A DNA stretch of 64,000 nucleotides, taken from the NCBI GenBank assembly GCA_963666285.1, contig OY762711.1, one strand, 5' to 3'. Shown here in pieces: positions 30,023-39,857 of this stretch. The position numbers and the translations under genes are program-made. This DNA comes from Sedimentisphaerales bacterium. GTDB taxonomy: Bacteria; Planctomycetota; Phycisphaerae; Sedimentisphaerales; SM23-30. The stretch's first letter is position 1. Every line of letters starts with the position of its first letter. The notes under the pieces are model-generated. The model saw only the letters and a program-made list of their open reading frames with translations, searched no databases and was not told the origin of the DNA.

Positions 30023-30625
30023 ATGAATATACATACTGAAAGTATTAATAAGCTGATGGCGGAGTTTGCGAATCTGCCGGGTATCGGCAGTCGGACAGCT
30101 GAAAGGCTGGCGTATCATGTATTGAAGCAGACGCCTGAAGATGCGATGAAGCTGGCGGAGGCGATTCGAGATGTTAAGACGCGTATTCGCTATTGCGAAC
30201 GATGTTATAATCTGAGCGAGGAGCCGCTGTGTGATATATGTAAGAATCAGCAGCGGGACCATAGCATAATATGTGTGGTGGAACAGCATAAGGATTTGAT
30301 TAACCTGGAGGAGACGGGTAAGTGTAACTGGGTTTACCATGTGCTGCTGGGTCATCTGGCGCCGCTGGAAGGTGTGACGCCGGACGATCTGACGATATCG
30401 GCGTTGGTAAAGCGTGCTAAGGGCGGCGGTGTGAGCGAGATTGTAATGGCGACGAACCCGAACCTGGACGGGGACGGGACGGCGCTTTATATAAGTTCGA
30501 TGCTGAGCGGTACGAAGGTTCGGATTACGCGGCTGGCGAGAGGGCTGCCGACGGGCGGCTCGATCGAGTTTGCAAATAAAGAAGTGCTGTCAGATGCTAT
30601 TATGGGTCGATGCCCCATGGAATAG
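30023..30625 (+). CDS. recR: Recombination mediator RecR
   Basis: LPGIGSRTAERLA, C4 zinc finger, YHVLLGHL.PLEG, ATNPNLDGDGTA and RLARGLP.GG. Confidence 0.96.
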   Translation: MNIHTESINKLMAEFANLPGIGSRTAERLAYHVLKQTPEDAMKLAEAIRDVKTRIRYCERCYNLSEEPLCDICKNQQRDHSIICVVEQHKDLINLEETGKCNWVYHVLLGHLAPLEGVTPDDLTISALVKRAKGGGVSEIVMATNPNLDGDGTALYISSMLSGTKVRITRLARGLPTGGSIEFANKEVLSDAIMGRCPME

Positions 30626-30629
30626 CATC

Positions 30630-30681
30630 TGAAGTATGAAGTATAAAGTATAAAGGATGAAAAAAGGTATCGCTTACGCTG
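30630..30681 (+). repeat. Intergenic module (heptamer GTATAAA array + TCGCTTACGCT)
   Basis: gtatgaa gtataaa gtataaa ggatgaa, then AGGTATCGCTTACGCTG. Confidence 0.7.
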
Positions 30682-30708
30682 AAATTGACAATTTTATATT
30701 GAGTTATA

Positions 30709-31712
30709 ATGGCTGATAGAGGAAGTGACATAATAATATATAATACCGCAGATGGAAAGGCGGCGGTAGCACTTTATGCCCGGGACGGTATGGTGTGGAT
30801 GAGCCAGCAGCAACTTGCGGAACTTTTTGACACCTCTGTTCCCAATATTAGTATGCATATATCTAACATATTGAAAGAGAACGAGTTAGAAGGAAATTCA
30901 GTTATTAAGGATTACTTAACAACTGCCGCAGATGGAAAAAAATACAATGTGACATATTATTCGCTTGATATGATACTGGCGATAGGTTTCAGGGTTCGCA
31001 GTAAGAGGGGTACTCAGTTCAGGATCTGGTCCAATCAGAATCTGAAAGAGTATATGGAGAAGGGATTTTTGATGGACGATGAGCGTCTTAAGAATCCTGA
31101 CGGGCGGCCAGATTATTTCGATGAGATGCTTGAACGAATCAGAGATATTCGAGCCTCAGAGAAAAGATTTTATCAGAAAGTTCGAGAACTGTTCTCGCTG
31201 AGCAGTGATTATGATAAAAGCGATAAGGCGACCCAGATGTTTTTTGCCGAAACACAGAATAAGCTGCTTTATGCCGTTACAGGAAAGACAGCGGCGGAGA
31301 TTATTGTAGAACGTGCAGATGCCGAAAAGCCTAATATGGCATTGACTGCCTGGAAAGGCAGTATTGTTCGTAAGCAGGATATAAATGTTGCGAAAAATTA
31401 TCTGAATGAAGAAGAGATCGATACTCTCAACAGGCTGGTAGTGATCTTTTTGGAAACAGCAGAGTTGAGAGCGAAGAGCCGTCAGGAGATACGAATGGAT
31501 TTCTGGCGGAAAAATGTTGATAAGATCTTAGCTCTAATGATTTTTCTGTGCTGGAGGGTAAAGGCACGATAAGCCATGTGGTGATGGAAGAAAAAGTACG
31601 GCAGGTTTATGAGCGGTTTGAAGATCGCCGCAAAGAAATAGAAGCTGCGGAGGCAGATAAAGAAGATATGAAAGAGCTGGAGCAGCTGGAAGATAAGATA
31701 AAAGGCAGATAG
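30709..31712 (+). pseudogene. RhuM family protein with an apparent frameshift near 31527
   Basis: WMSQQQLAELF, YSLDMILAIGFRVRS.RGTQFR.W and RIRDIRASEKRFYQK. The expected C-terminus (LSSNDFSVLEGKGTISH...YERFEDRRK) continues in another frame to TAG 31712; restored length 334 aa. Confidence 0.8.
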
Positions 31713-31739
31713 AAGTTCATCTGGTGATAAGAGTTGATT

Positions 31740-32017
31740 ATGAATAATAAGAGGAAAAATTTAGTAAAATTTGTTTTAATGATTTAACAATCGATAGTAT
31801 TGAAAGTCGTAGAACCTGGAATGTGCATGGAGTAAAAATTTGGCTGGCTAATCCAAGTGTATTGGTTAATTATGCATCTGAATCAAAACAAATTACAATA
31901 CATGTCTGGCCGGAAAATTCTAATGATTATCATGTAGCTATGATGAGGTTAGATTCAGGTGAAAATTTATATGAGATTTCAAAAGATGAATACTCAATAA
32001 TATCGAATTATTGGTGA
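31740..32017 (+). CDS. Small AT-rich hypothetical protein, possibly frameshifted at about 31750
   Basis: Frame is open from 31751 to 32017; adding one A joins it to ATG 31740 (92 aa). Confidence 0.4.
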
Positions 32018-32116
32018 GTAAATTTTAGCTTATAAAGAACTTAAATAATAATATATAGGATGGACAGTGTGGGCAGTTTGGCGAGCAAGACGTCGAAATA
32101 TGTCCACCCTACGAAT

Positions 32117-33598
32117 ATGCGATTAGATATATCACAACAGATGAAGACCGAGCAGCGTATGATGCTGGCGCCGCGGATGATCCAGTCGATGGAGATTCTG
32201 CAGCTGCCGATGCTGGCGTTGCAGGAGCGAATCCAGCAGGAGCTGCTGAGTAACCCGACGTTGGAGATGGAAGATCCGGTTGAGTCCGGCGATATCTCTG
32301 ATGCCGAGATTGCCGATAGTTATGATACTTATGACGATGAGGCCGACCTGGTAGTGAAAGAGGATAATAGTAAGGCCGAATCGTTCGAGCGTCTGGAGCG
32401 TCAGGATGACGACTATTATGACTACCTGGAGCGCAGCGATTATGTGAGTAAGGGCCGGAGCGGTAGTGATGACGATATTGACCGCAAGATGGATGCGATG
32501 AGTAATACGGCGGCGCCTGGTAAGAATCTGCTGGACTTTCTGCACGAGCAGTGGCTGTTTGTCGAGTGTGAGCCGGTGGTACATGAGATCGGTTTGAAGA
32601 TAATAGATCTGATCGATAATAACGGTTATCTGTCGGTGCCGCTGGAGAAGATTCGCGAGCAGCTTGAATTTGAGGTTAGCGATCAGCAGCTGGAGGCGGC
32701 GATAAAGCAGGTGCAGACCATGGAGCCGCTGGGTGTTGGCGCGCGCGATTTTATCGAGTGTCTGAGTATTCAGCTGCTGGCGGATAAGGTTGACCGGAGC
32801 CTGGAGCTGGATATTTTGACGAAGTATCTGAAGGAGATCGAGCTGAACCATTATCCGCAGGTTGCCAAGGCGTTGAAGTGTGATGTCGACGATTTGAAGG
32901 ATGCGATCAAGAATATTTCGCGGCTGGACCCGCGGCCCGGATTGCAGTACAGCAACCAGCAGGCGAGCTATATCTCACCGGAGATAATAATAGAGTATGA
33001 TGAGGATAATGATGTATACTCGGCGCGGCTGGCGGACGGGAGTATGCCGATACTGAAGATTAACAGCGAGTATGAGCAGATGCTGAAGAACCGGCATGTG
33101 AGCGGTAGCGACCGAGAGTTTCTGCAGAAGAATATCCGTTCGGCATCGTGGATAATTGATGCGGTTCAGCAGCGTAAGGCGACTTTGCTGAAGGTTGTTA
33201 ATATTGTTTTGAAGACTCAGAAGGATTTTTTTAGTGCCGGGGCGCAGGCTTTGAAGCCGCTGCCGATGGTGGATGTGGCGAAGGAGCTTGGTATTCATGT
33301 TGGTACGGTATCGCGTGCGGTATCTGAGAAGTATGTTCAGACTCCGATCGGGATTTATCCATTGCGATATTTCTTTACCAGTGGTAAGCAGAACGCCGAC
33401 GGCGAGAGTATGAGCTGGGATGCGATCCGGGCGAAGATGCAGGAGCTGGTCGATAGCGAGAATAAGAAGAAGCCGCTGAACGATGAGAAGCTGGCGGCGG
33501 AATTGAAAAAGAACGGGATAACGATCTCGCGCAGGACGGTAGCGAAGTATCGGGATATAATGAATATTCCGCCGGCGAGGAAGAGGAAGGAGTTTTGA
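32117..33598 (+). CDS. rpoN: RNA polymerase sigma-54 factor
   Basis: QSMEILQLP..L, LKPL.M.DVA.ELGIH..TVSRAV and RpoN box ISRRTVAKYR. Confidence 0.97.
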   Translation: MRLDISQQMKTEQRMMLAPRMIQSMEILQLPMLALQERIQQELLSNPTLEMEDPVESGDISDAEIADSYDTYDDEADLVVKEDNSKAESFERLERQDDDYYDYLERSDYVSKGRSGSDDDIDRKMDAMSNTAAPGKNLLDFLHEQWLFVECEPVVHEIGLKIIDLIDNNGYLSVPLEKIREQLEFEVSDQQLEAAIKQVQTMEPLGVGARDFIECLSIQLLADKVDRSLELDILTKYLKEIELNHYPQVAKALKCDVDDLKDAIKNISRLDPRPGLQYSNQQASYISPEIIIEYDEDNDVYSARLADGSMPILKINSEYEQMLKNRHVSGSDREFLQKNIRSASWIIDAVQQRKATLLKVVNIVLKTQKDFFSAGAQALKPLPMVDVAKELGIHVGTVSRAVSEKYVQTPIGIYPLRYFFTSGKQNADGESMSWDAIRAKMQELVDSENKKKPLNDEKLAAELKKNGITISRRTVAKYRDIMNIPPARKRKEF

Positions 33599-33621
33599 TG
33601 ACTGCCGGGGGCAGGCATCAA

Positions 33622-33680
33622 AAGAGTGAAGAACTAAGAACTGAGAGTGAAGAGTTGAGGAAACGGCTTCGCCGAGGCTG
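33622..33680 (+). repeat. Intergenic module (GTGAAGA array + CGGC-TTC-GCCG)
   Basis: gagtgaa gaactaa gaactga gagtgaa gagttga, then CGGCTTCGCCG. Confidence 0.75.
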
Positions 33681-33711
33681 ATTAATTATTTAAGGGAGTC
33701 GATTATTCAAT

Positions 33712-34374
33712 ATGACAAATGAAATTGACAATCAAGCGAAAATGCCTGTGCCAAAAATTGATGTTGTGATTGCAATATTATTTGCTGCATCTTACGGTAT
33801 TTTATATTTTTCGTTATTTTCTTTTGTTTCTTCGGATATTGCTTTTGTTTATTTCCTGGCAGTTTTGGTTTCGTTGTCTTTGTGGCTGATAATGAGTGTT
33901 GTGATATTCTTTCGTTTTATAATTGTATCCTGCGGGCAAAAATACAGGGGGGCAAAGTGCAGGTGGTTATATGTTATCCTGTTAGCAGCCGTAATTTTAA
34001 GCTTTGTGATTACTGCAAATCCGGTTACAGATCCTAATTATGCCGGGATCAGATTTAAGACTTTAAGACTTGGCGGTGAGAAAAAGATAATTGCGCTTTG
34101 CAATAAAATCATGGAAATGCCAGTGAATGAAATTACAGAAGATGAGGGAGGTATATGGTTGTCAATTAAGCCTGATATTTATTCTGATGAATTGGATGGG
34201 GTTGCGAGATGCAGTCTTCTAAGAAGAGATAATATGAAGCTGATAGATGTTTATTATGGTGACAGCTGGTTTATGGGTGGGCGAGGAATAGTTGTTGGAG
34301 ATGAGGAATTAGTTAAGCGAATACAGAGAGATTCCTATGAGGTTAATGGGATATATTATTATGTACAAGATTAG
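33712..34374 (+). CDS. Hypothetical membrane protein
   Basis: Three N-terminal TM segments; AT-rich; RBS AGGGAG. Confidence 0.7.
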   Translation: MTNEIDNQAKMPVPKIDVVIAILFAASYGILYFSLFSFVSSDIAFVYFLAVLVSLSLWLIMSVVIFFRFIIVSCGQKYRGAKCRWLYVILLAAVILSFVITANPVTDPNYAGIRFKTLRLGGEKKIIALCNKIMEMPVNEITEDEGGIWLSIKPDIYSDELDGVARCSLLRRDNMKLIDVYYGDSWFMGGRGIVVGDEELVKRIQRDSYEVNGIYYYVQD

Positions 34375-34538
34375 AGGCGACCTAGAGTGTTAAGTCGCTA
34401 AGTTGTTGTATTTTGATTGCAGGTGCTGGCTGATATGATAACAATCTTTCATGTTTTTGCTATTATTGTTACTATACTAATAGATGTGAATGCGTGGGGA
34501 TACTTTTCCAGCTATGGTATTGGTTTTGTGGTTGAAGG

Positions 34539-34567
34539 TTGACATCAGGGAGCGTAATGCTTAATAT
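34539..34567 (+). promoter_or_regulatory. Candidate sigma-70 promoter
   Basis: TTGACA-N17-TAATAT upstream of the glycosyltransferase. Confidence 0.4.
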
Positions 34568-34698
34568 AAATGCCTGCCAGTATATGACCGCTTATTCAGA
34601 TTTTGGTATGGGTATCAGATCGGATAAGTGGTCTGTGTTTTTACACTTATGATAATAATTTATGCCGGGCTATAGCCGGCATTTTCAGGTTAAGCTAT

Positions 34699-35736
34699 AT
34701 GAAGATATTGATAATAGGTGATTTCAGGCGAGATATTCCGCAGTATATGATATGCCATGCGCGGATGTTTTCTAAGGGTTTTCTGCGTTGCGGACATGAC
34801 GTGATGGAGTGGAGCTATCGGGAAGCGATTTTGGGTAAGTCGTGGCTGAATAGTAAGAAGTGGGCGTTGAAGCAGGGTAAGGCGAAGGCGGATGAGAATC
34901 TGTACGAGATGGTGGAGCATTATCAGCCGGACGTAGTGTTTATGATTGAGTATCGGCTGCTGAAGGAAGATGTGGTTTTGAAGCTAAAGGATATGCTGCC
35001 GAAGAGTGTGTTTATGTTTTGGTATGGCGATCCGTATTTCGGTGAGACGGACTGGCGGGTGAATGATATAACGCGGCATTGCGACTGGTTCCTGGCGACT
35101 AGTGCCGGGCGGGTACTGGAGCATTATAAGGAAGATAATAAGGTTGCGAAGGCTGCGTTTCTGCCGCAGCCGTGTGATCCGGATATTCATTATCCGCATG
35201 AGGTTGCTGATAGGTGGAAGAGTGATATGCTGTTTACCGGAAAGCTTCAGCATGGCTCGCTGAAGATGTACGAGCAGGATGAGGATCGGCCGGCATTGAT
35301 AAAATATTTTATCGAGCATAATAATATGGCGATGTACGGCGATATGGGTTATCCGGGAGTGTGGGGTAAGGATTACCTGGACGCGATAGCGGGTACGAAG
35401 ATCGGGCTGAATATTAACGTTTGTAATGATGTTAGTAAGTATTATTCCAACCGGTTGATAAATTATCTGAGTAACGGAGCGTTTGTCTTGTCGGCGAAGG
35501 TGCCGAACGCGGAGCTGATGTTTGAGGATGGTAAGCACCTGGTATATTTCGATTCGCAGGAAGACTGTAAGGAGAAGGCGGGGTATTACCTTGGACATGA
35601 GGCAGAGCGTAAGGCGATAGCCGAGGCCGGTACGAGTCATGCGCATGGAGAGTATAACTGTACGAAAATTTCCAGTTATGTGATTGATATGATTGAGAAT
35701 GGGGATTATAGTCCGGAGTGGAAAGAGATAATATAA
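34699..35736 (+). CDS. Glycosyltransferase (CgeB-like, GT-B fold)
   Basis: MKILIIG start; KIGLNIN, SNRL...L..GAFVLS, FEDGKHLVYF and R.AIAEAG. Confidence 0.8.
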   Translation: MKILIIGDFRRDIPQYMICHARMFSKGFLRCGHDVMEWSYREAILGKSWLNSKKWALKQGKAKADENLYEMVEHYQPDVVFMIEYRLLKEDVVLKLKDMLPKSVFMFWYGDPYFGETDWRVNDITRHCDWFLATSAGRVLEHYKEDNKVAKAAFLPQPCDPDIHYPHEVADRWKSDMLFTGKLQHGSLKMYEQDEDRPALIKYFIEHNNMAMYGDMGYPGVWGKDYLDAIAGTKIGLNINVCNDVSKYYSNRLINYLSNGAFVLSAKVPNAELMFEDGKHLVYFDSQEDCKEKAGYYLGHEAERKAIAEAGTSHAHGEYNCTKISSYVIDMIENGDYSPEWKEII

Positions 35737-35738
35737 AT

Positions 35739-35951
35739 AAGTGAAGAGTGAAGAATAAAAAAGTGTAAAGTGTAAAATAAAAAGAGTAAAGAAGGTGTCG
35801 CTTGCGCGACGGTTATTTTAAGCTGTCGCAAGGTGGGAGCCGGTTATTATATTGTTAGTTTTGGTATTCATAGTGGCATAAATGAGTGAAGAGTGAAGAA
35901 TAAAAAAGTGTAAAGTGTAAAATAAAAAGAGTAAAGAAGCTGTCGCAAGGG
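35739..35951 (+). repeat. Two intergenic modules sharing a perfect 55-bp repeat
   Basis: 35740-35794 equals 35885-35939; the first copy carries GTCGC-TTGC-GCGAC, the second lacks it. Confidence 0.85.
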
Positions 35952-36018
35952 TTCTGTGTTCGTTTCGACTGTAAAACGACAAAGTGAGCCGAGATTAGGA
36001 GTTGGGTCGGCTCTTTGG

Positions 36019-36675
36019 TTAGTCGAGTGGGAACTGGGATTTCATGCGTTGGGCGATAGCAGGGTCGTGAGTGACGACGATGGTTGCGGAATTCTGCTTT
36101 TCGGCGAGTTTACAGATTAGCTCTATGACGGAGTCGGCGTTTTTTCGGTCGAGCGATCCGGTAGGTTCGTCTGCGAGCAGTAGATCGGGCTGGTTGATGA
36201 AAGCTCGTGCGAGCGCGACACGCTGGCATTGGCCGCCTGACATCTGGCCGGGGAAATAATCCGACCGGTCGGCGAGGTCGACCATGTTCAGTAGTTCAAG
36301 TGCGCGGTCGGTATCGGAGGTTGTAATATTATTATTGCCGGCGAGTACCGGGAGCAGCATGTTTTCTAGTACGGTGCATTGCGGCAGCAGATTATGGTCC
36401 TGGAAGACGATCCCGATATTGTTGCGTCGATATGATGCCTGCTGAGAATCAGAGAATTCCGCAATGTTCTGGTCTTTGAATATAACCTGGCCGGAAGTTG
36501 GTGTATCGAGGCATCCGATGATATTGAGCAGTGTGGTCTTGCCGCAGCCGCTGGGGCCGGTGACCGCGATCGAATCGCCGGAGTTAAGTTTGAGGTTAAT
36601 ATTTTGCAGGACCGGCTCGGCGGGTGAGTCGGCCGGTGCGGGATAACTTTTATTTAAGTTTATTAGCTCAAGCAT
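36019..36675 (-). CDS. ABC transporter ATP-binding protein (LolD/FtsE-like)
   Basis: [34 protein letters not shown] and VTHD. Confidence 0.93.
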   Translation of the reverse strand: MLELINLNKSYPAPADSPAEPVLQNINLKLNSGDSIAVTGPSGCGKTTLLNIIGCLDTPTSGQVIFKDQNIAEFSDSQQASYRRNNIGIVFQDHNLLPQCTVLENMLLPVLAGNNNITTSDTDRALELLNMVDLADRSDYFPGQMSGGQCQRVALARAFINQPDLLLADEPTGSLDRKNADSVIELICKLAEKQNSATIVVTHDPAIAQRMKSQFPLD

Positions 36676-36686
36676 GATAAACACCT

Positions 36687-36813
36687 AAATGAGTGAAGAA
36701 CGAAGAGTGAAGAGTTAATGTGTTCGTCCGCCTGAGGCGGACTCACAGCTTTTTTTAAAGCTGACGCAAGGTGGAAGCCGGTAATCTTATTGTTTGTTTT
36801 AGTATTCATAGTG
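36687..36813 (+). repeat. Intergenic module between minus-strand genes
   Basis: GTGAAGA array + GTGTTC-GTCCGCC-TGA-GGCGGAC-TCAC; its tail matches 35820-35875. Confidence 0.85.
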
Positions 36814-36819
36814 AGCGTG

Positions 36820-37104
36820 TTATATTGCCAGTCTTATACAGACGAAGATGAGTGCGATGGCGATCAGGATAATGAGAATCTTCGCTAGCATTTTACTTTT
36901 GACTGCGAATGTGCCGTGTTCGAGATAGCGGAACATTATATCGCCGCAATATGGGCAGCTGTCGTTATCTTCGTAAACTTGTTTGCCGCAGTTTGGGCAT
37001 TCCAGGACATGGTCGGAATATTTGACCGGGTCGGAATAGTCGTCCATGTCTTCGGGGTCTGGCCCGATGATGCCATCGTTGTCGTAATAATCGTCGTCGT
37101 TCAT
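36820..37104 (-). CDS. Zinc-ribbon membrane protein
   Basis: Acidic N-terminus, CPNCG...CPYCG and a C-terminal TM. Confidence 0.8.
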   Translation of the reverse strand: MNDDDYYDNDGIIGPDPEDMDDYSDPVKYSDHVLECPNCGKQVYEDNDSCPYCGDIMFRYLEHGTFAVKSKMLAKILIILIAIALIFVCIRLAI

Positions 37105-37106
37105 TT

Positions 37107-37166
37107 TAATAAGTAATAAGTAACAAGTAATAAGATATAAGTTAAGGTTGCTCGCTACGCTCGCGG
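37107..37166 (+). repeat. Intergenic module (AAGTAAT array + CTCGCTACGCTCG)
   Basis: aagtaat aagtaac aagtaat aagatat aagttaa GGTTGCTCGCTACGCTCGC between recO and the zinc-ribbon gene. Confidence 0.8.
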
Positions 37167-37919
37167 CTAATTTATTTTAGAGGCGAGGAGCTTATTGAGT
37201 AAGCCCATCACTTTACCAGGTCGGCCGGTGATTGCCCGTTTATGGTAGCAGAGCAGTCCGTGAGCCTTGATTATTATATCAAGCGGCAGGTTCGGCGGCA
37301 ACTGTCGATTGATAAGAGTGTTTATTACATTTATTTCACTAAGTCGCTTTTCCTGTATGCCCGGTGAGCAACCATCGCATATTATGCCGCCGGAAGAGCT
37401 GGAGAAGTATGGTTTTTCGATGTCTGAAGTGTCTATGCCGCAGGCAGAGCAGCGAGTGAGCTGGGGCATATGCCCGGTATTTTCGATTAGAAACCGCTCG
37501 TATGTAAGAATCGTGTGTTCGGTCGGCAGGTCGGCAGATTCCAGGTGGTGCAGTGCGGCAACGAATTTATCGAACAGCAGCGGGTGCGGGTCGAGGTCTT
37601 CGAGCATATCGGTGGTGAACTCAGCGAGGAATAGTGCTGCATTGAGAGCTAGCAGATCTTTACGCAGCCCTGGAAAAGACTGGTCGAGCGTGAAGTTTGT
37701 GAGGGTTGACAGTTCGCTGCTGCCGCGTGGTGTGATAAATCCTACTGTTCCGAGGTATAGCAGGTCGATACCGCCGGAGAACCCTGATTTTTCACGGCGT
37801 GAACCTTTGGCGATTGCTCGTATACGCCCGCGCTCGCGGCCGAACAGGGTAACGATCTGGCTGGATTCGGAATATGTGACTTTCCCGAGGCAGATAGCGA
37901 TGTCATTAAAATTTGGCAT
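37167..37919 (-). CDS. recO: DNA repair protein RecO
   Basis: YSESSQIVTLF....G.I.AIAKG.RR, C..CG and GGI.C..C zinc motif. Confidence 0.92.
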   Translation of the reverse strand: MPNFNDIAICLGKVTYSESSQIVTLFGRERGRIRAIAKGSRREKSGFSGGIDLLYLGTVGFITPRGSSELSTLTNFTLDQSFPGLRKDLLALNAALFLAEFTTDMLEDLDPHPLLFDKFVAALHHLESADLPTEHTILTYERFLIENTGHMPQLTRCSACGIDTSDIEKPYFSSSSGGIICDGCSPGIQEKRLSEINVINTLINRQLPPNLPLDIIIKAHGLLCYHKRAITGRPGKVMGLLNKLLASKIN

Positions 37920-38216
37920 GGATATTAATTTTATGGTGGGATGGGGTAGAAGGCAAGCGGTAATATTGAACCTGAGGGTAAGTAGAATGCTTTAAAAGCA
38001 AAAGGAAGCTAAGGCGGGGAGCCTCGCTTCCTTTGTCGCCAGTCCGACAAGCGGACTAAGCTAGTGTTGTATGGTTATTTCCAGAAACGATTCGGTATCG
38101 TTCTTTTTTCCAAATACAGCACATTTGTGCCGCACATTTTATCCGTTTGAAGTTTTCAGCCCCTTTCGTTTTCTCCGAGAAACCTTAAAGGATAAAATAT
38201 GCTCTACATAAGTAGT

Positions 38217-39107
38217 TTATTTGACTTCAAGTCTTTCGCGTGCCACCGGTTTCATTTTGGCCAGTGCCTCGTTTTGGATCTGCCTGACGCGTTCTTTGGT
38301 AAGTCCAAGTCTCTCTCCGACAGACTTCAAAGTCATTGGTTCGTTGTGTTCGGTTCCGATAGAAAATCTCATTTTCAGGATAGAACTTTCTGTCGAGTTG
38401 AGCCTGGCAAGGTTTTTATCAAATATAACCTTGAACTCATCCTGTAGATCGTCTTTCCAGATCCTGTTGGAGCGAATATCGTTGTCGTCCTTGTCGTGAG
38501 CGTTTTCCAGCTGGGTTGGGAACCGTTCGTTGTAAGTATAGCTCTGGCCGGCGGCACGGTAGAATCCTTTCAGGATCGCGTGGCAGGCGTAAGTGCTGAA
38601 TTTGAAACCTTTAGTGAAGTCGAACTTTTCAACAGCCCTTAGTAAGGCGACGCTTCCTTCGCTGACCAGGTCGGTGAAGTCAACTCCCTGATATTTGCTT
38701 TTGCGTGCCAGGGAAAGGACAAGGCCCATATTACCATTAACGATATTTGACCTGGAGTCCATCTGGTAACGGTATATTTCAAGCAGTTCTTTGATGGTTT
38801 CATCTTCCCAGTCTTTCTGGCGAAGAAGTTTTCTACGCAGCTGGCAAAGTCTGAACCTGGCATAGTTCATCTGCTTGAATAGTATTTTTTCCTGTTCAGG
38901 TGTGATTGTGCCGTCTATCGGGATTTCGACCTTATCTTTCAGAATTTCGCTGACCACTGTTGGCCGGTTGAATTCAGGAAGATCGATATAAGAGACGGTC
39001 ATTGTCAGGATTTTTTCTATCCTGCTCTGAATTGCAACAGGAAGGTTAGTATTTTCAATTTTCGCCCTAGTAATTTCAGTTATTGGTTTTGGTTGTTGTT
39101 TTTCCAT
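38217..39107 (-). CDS. Sigma-70 family RNA polymerase sigma factor (short, alternative type)
   Basis: NMGLVLSLA, DLVSEG..ALLRAVEKFD..KGFKFSTYA and TLKSVGERLGLTKERVRQIQ. Confidence 0.92.
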   Translation of the reverse strand: MEKQQPKPITEITRAKIENTNLPVAIQSRIEKILTMTVSYIDLPEFNRPTVVSEILKDKVEIPIDGTITPEQEKILFKQMNYARFRLCQLRRKLLRQKDWEDETIKELLEIYRYQMDSRSNIVNGNMGLVLSLARKSKYQGVDFTDLVSEGSVALLRAVEKFDFTKGFKFSTYACHAILKGFYRAAGQSYTYNERFPTQLENAHDKDDNDIRSNRIWKDDLQDEFKVIFDKNLARLNSTESSILKMRFSIGTEHNEPMTLKSVGERLGLTKERVRQIQNEALAKMKPVARERLEVK

Positions 39108-39157
39108 TTTTAAAGCCTCCGTAACGTTTTTATTGTTATATTCCGTATATACAGAAA

Positions 39158-39173
39158 AGCAATAGGCGTGCCA
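39158..39173 (-). promoter_or_regulatory. Sigma-54 (-24/-12) promoter
   Basis: The minus strand reads TGGCACG-CCTA-TTGCT, the exact consensus, about 50 bp upstream of the ATG at 39107. Confidence 0.85.
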
Positions 39174-39249
39174 GAAAATAAAACTATTCGTAAGTGGTTT
39201 TTTAATAAGGATTTAAGGTGATATGTTTTTGTTTTTATTTTTTAGAAAG

Positions 39250-39453
39250 TGTTTCATTTAATTTGTCTTTTGGGTATAGGTAAGGCTATAATATTGTGAT
39301 TTCAGGCGAAAAACGGCTGTTTAGTGTATCACTATGTTTAATGATACATTGATCAGGATTAAATGAGACATGTATTATTCGTAAGTGTGTTGTAGTAAAG
39401 AGTTTGCTTATTACTGTCTCATTTGTTGTGTCTGAGACAGGGCGGGTGTTTCA
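39250..39453. promoter_or_regulatory. Candidate enhancer-binding-protein sites
   Basis: TGTATCA-N10-TGATACA (39325-39348), TGTCTCA-N11-TGAGACA (39415-39439), and half-sites at 39250, 39364 and 39447. Confidence 0.55.
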
Positions 39454-39857
39454 CTAAATATTTGATTTTGGCTTATGTTAGCTGCTAAAAATAAATTAGT
39501 TACTATATTAGTGGTAAGAAGCTTGCGGATGCGGGTTAAAGAATAGCCGGCAGTTTGCGAAAGTGGGCGATTAGTTCGTTAGTTGGTAACAGCTTACGAA
39601 AGGAGTACAAAGAGGAAGTATATTTTTTGCAAAAAACTGCAAATTGCGGTATTATATTTGATTCAGCTGGAAGCAGGAAGTGAGAGGTCGGGGGCTTTTG
39701 GGGCGTTGCTACCGCGTGAGGCTGATTTAATTTTGCGGCCTTGATTTACGGCAGAGCCTGAAGTATGCCGGAAGCTGGTTTAGTTTGCCGGTTGTTGATT
39801 TTGAAAGTAGATAGAGAAAGATTTTATAATTAACTCACAGAATAAGGAAACAGCAAC

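Noticed and set aside
30685..30710. TTGACA...TATAAT before the RhuM gene
   Set aside because: The spacer is only 14 nt and the -10 box overlaps the start codon.
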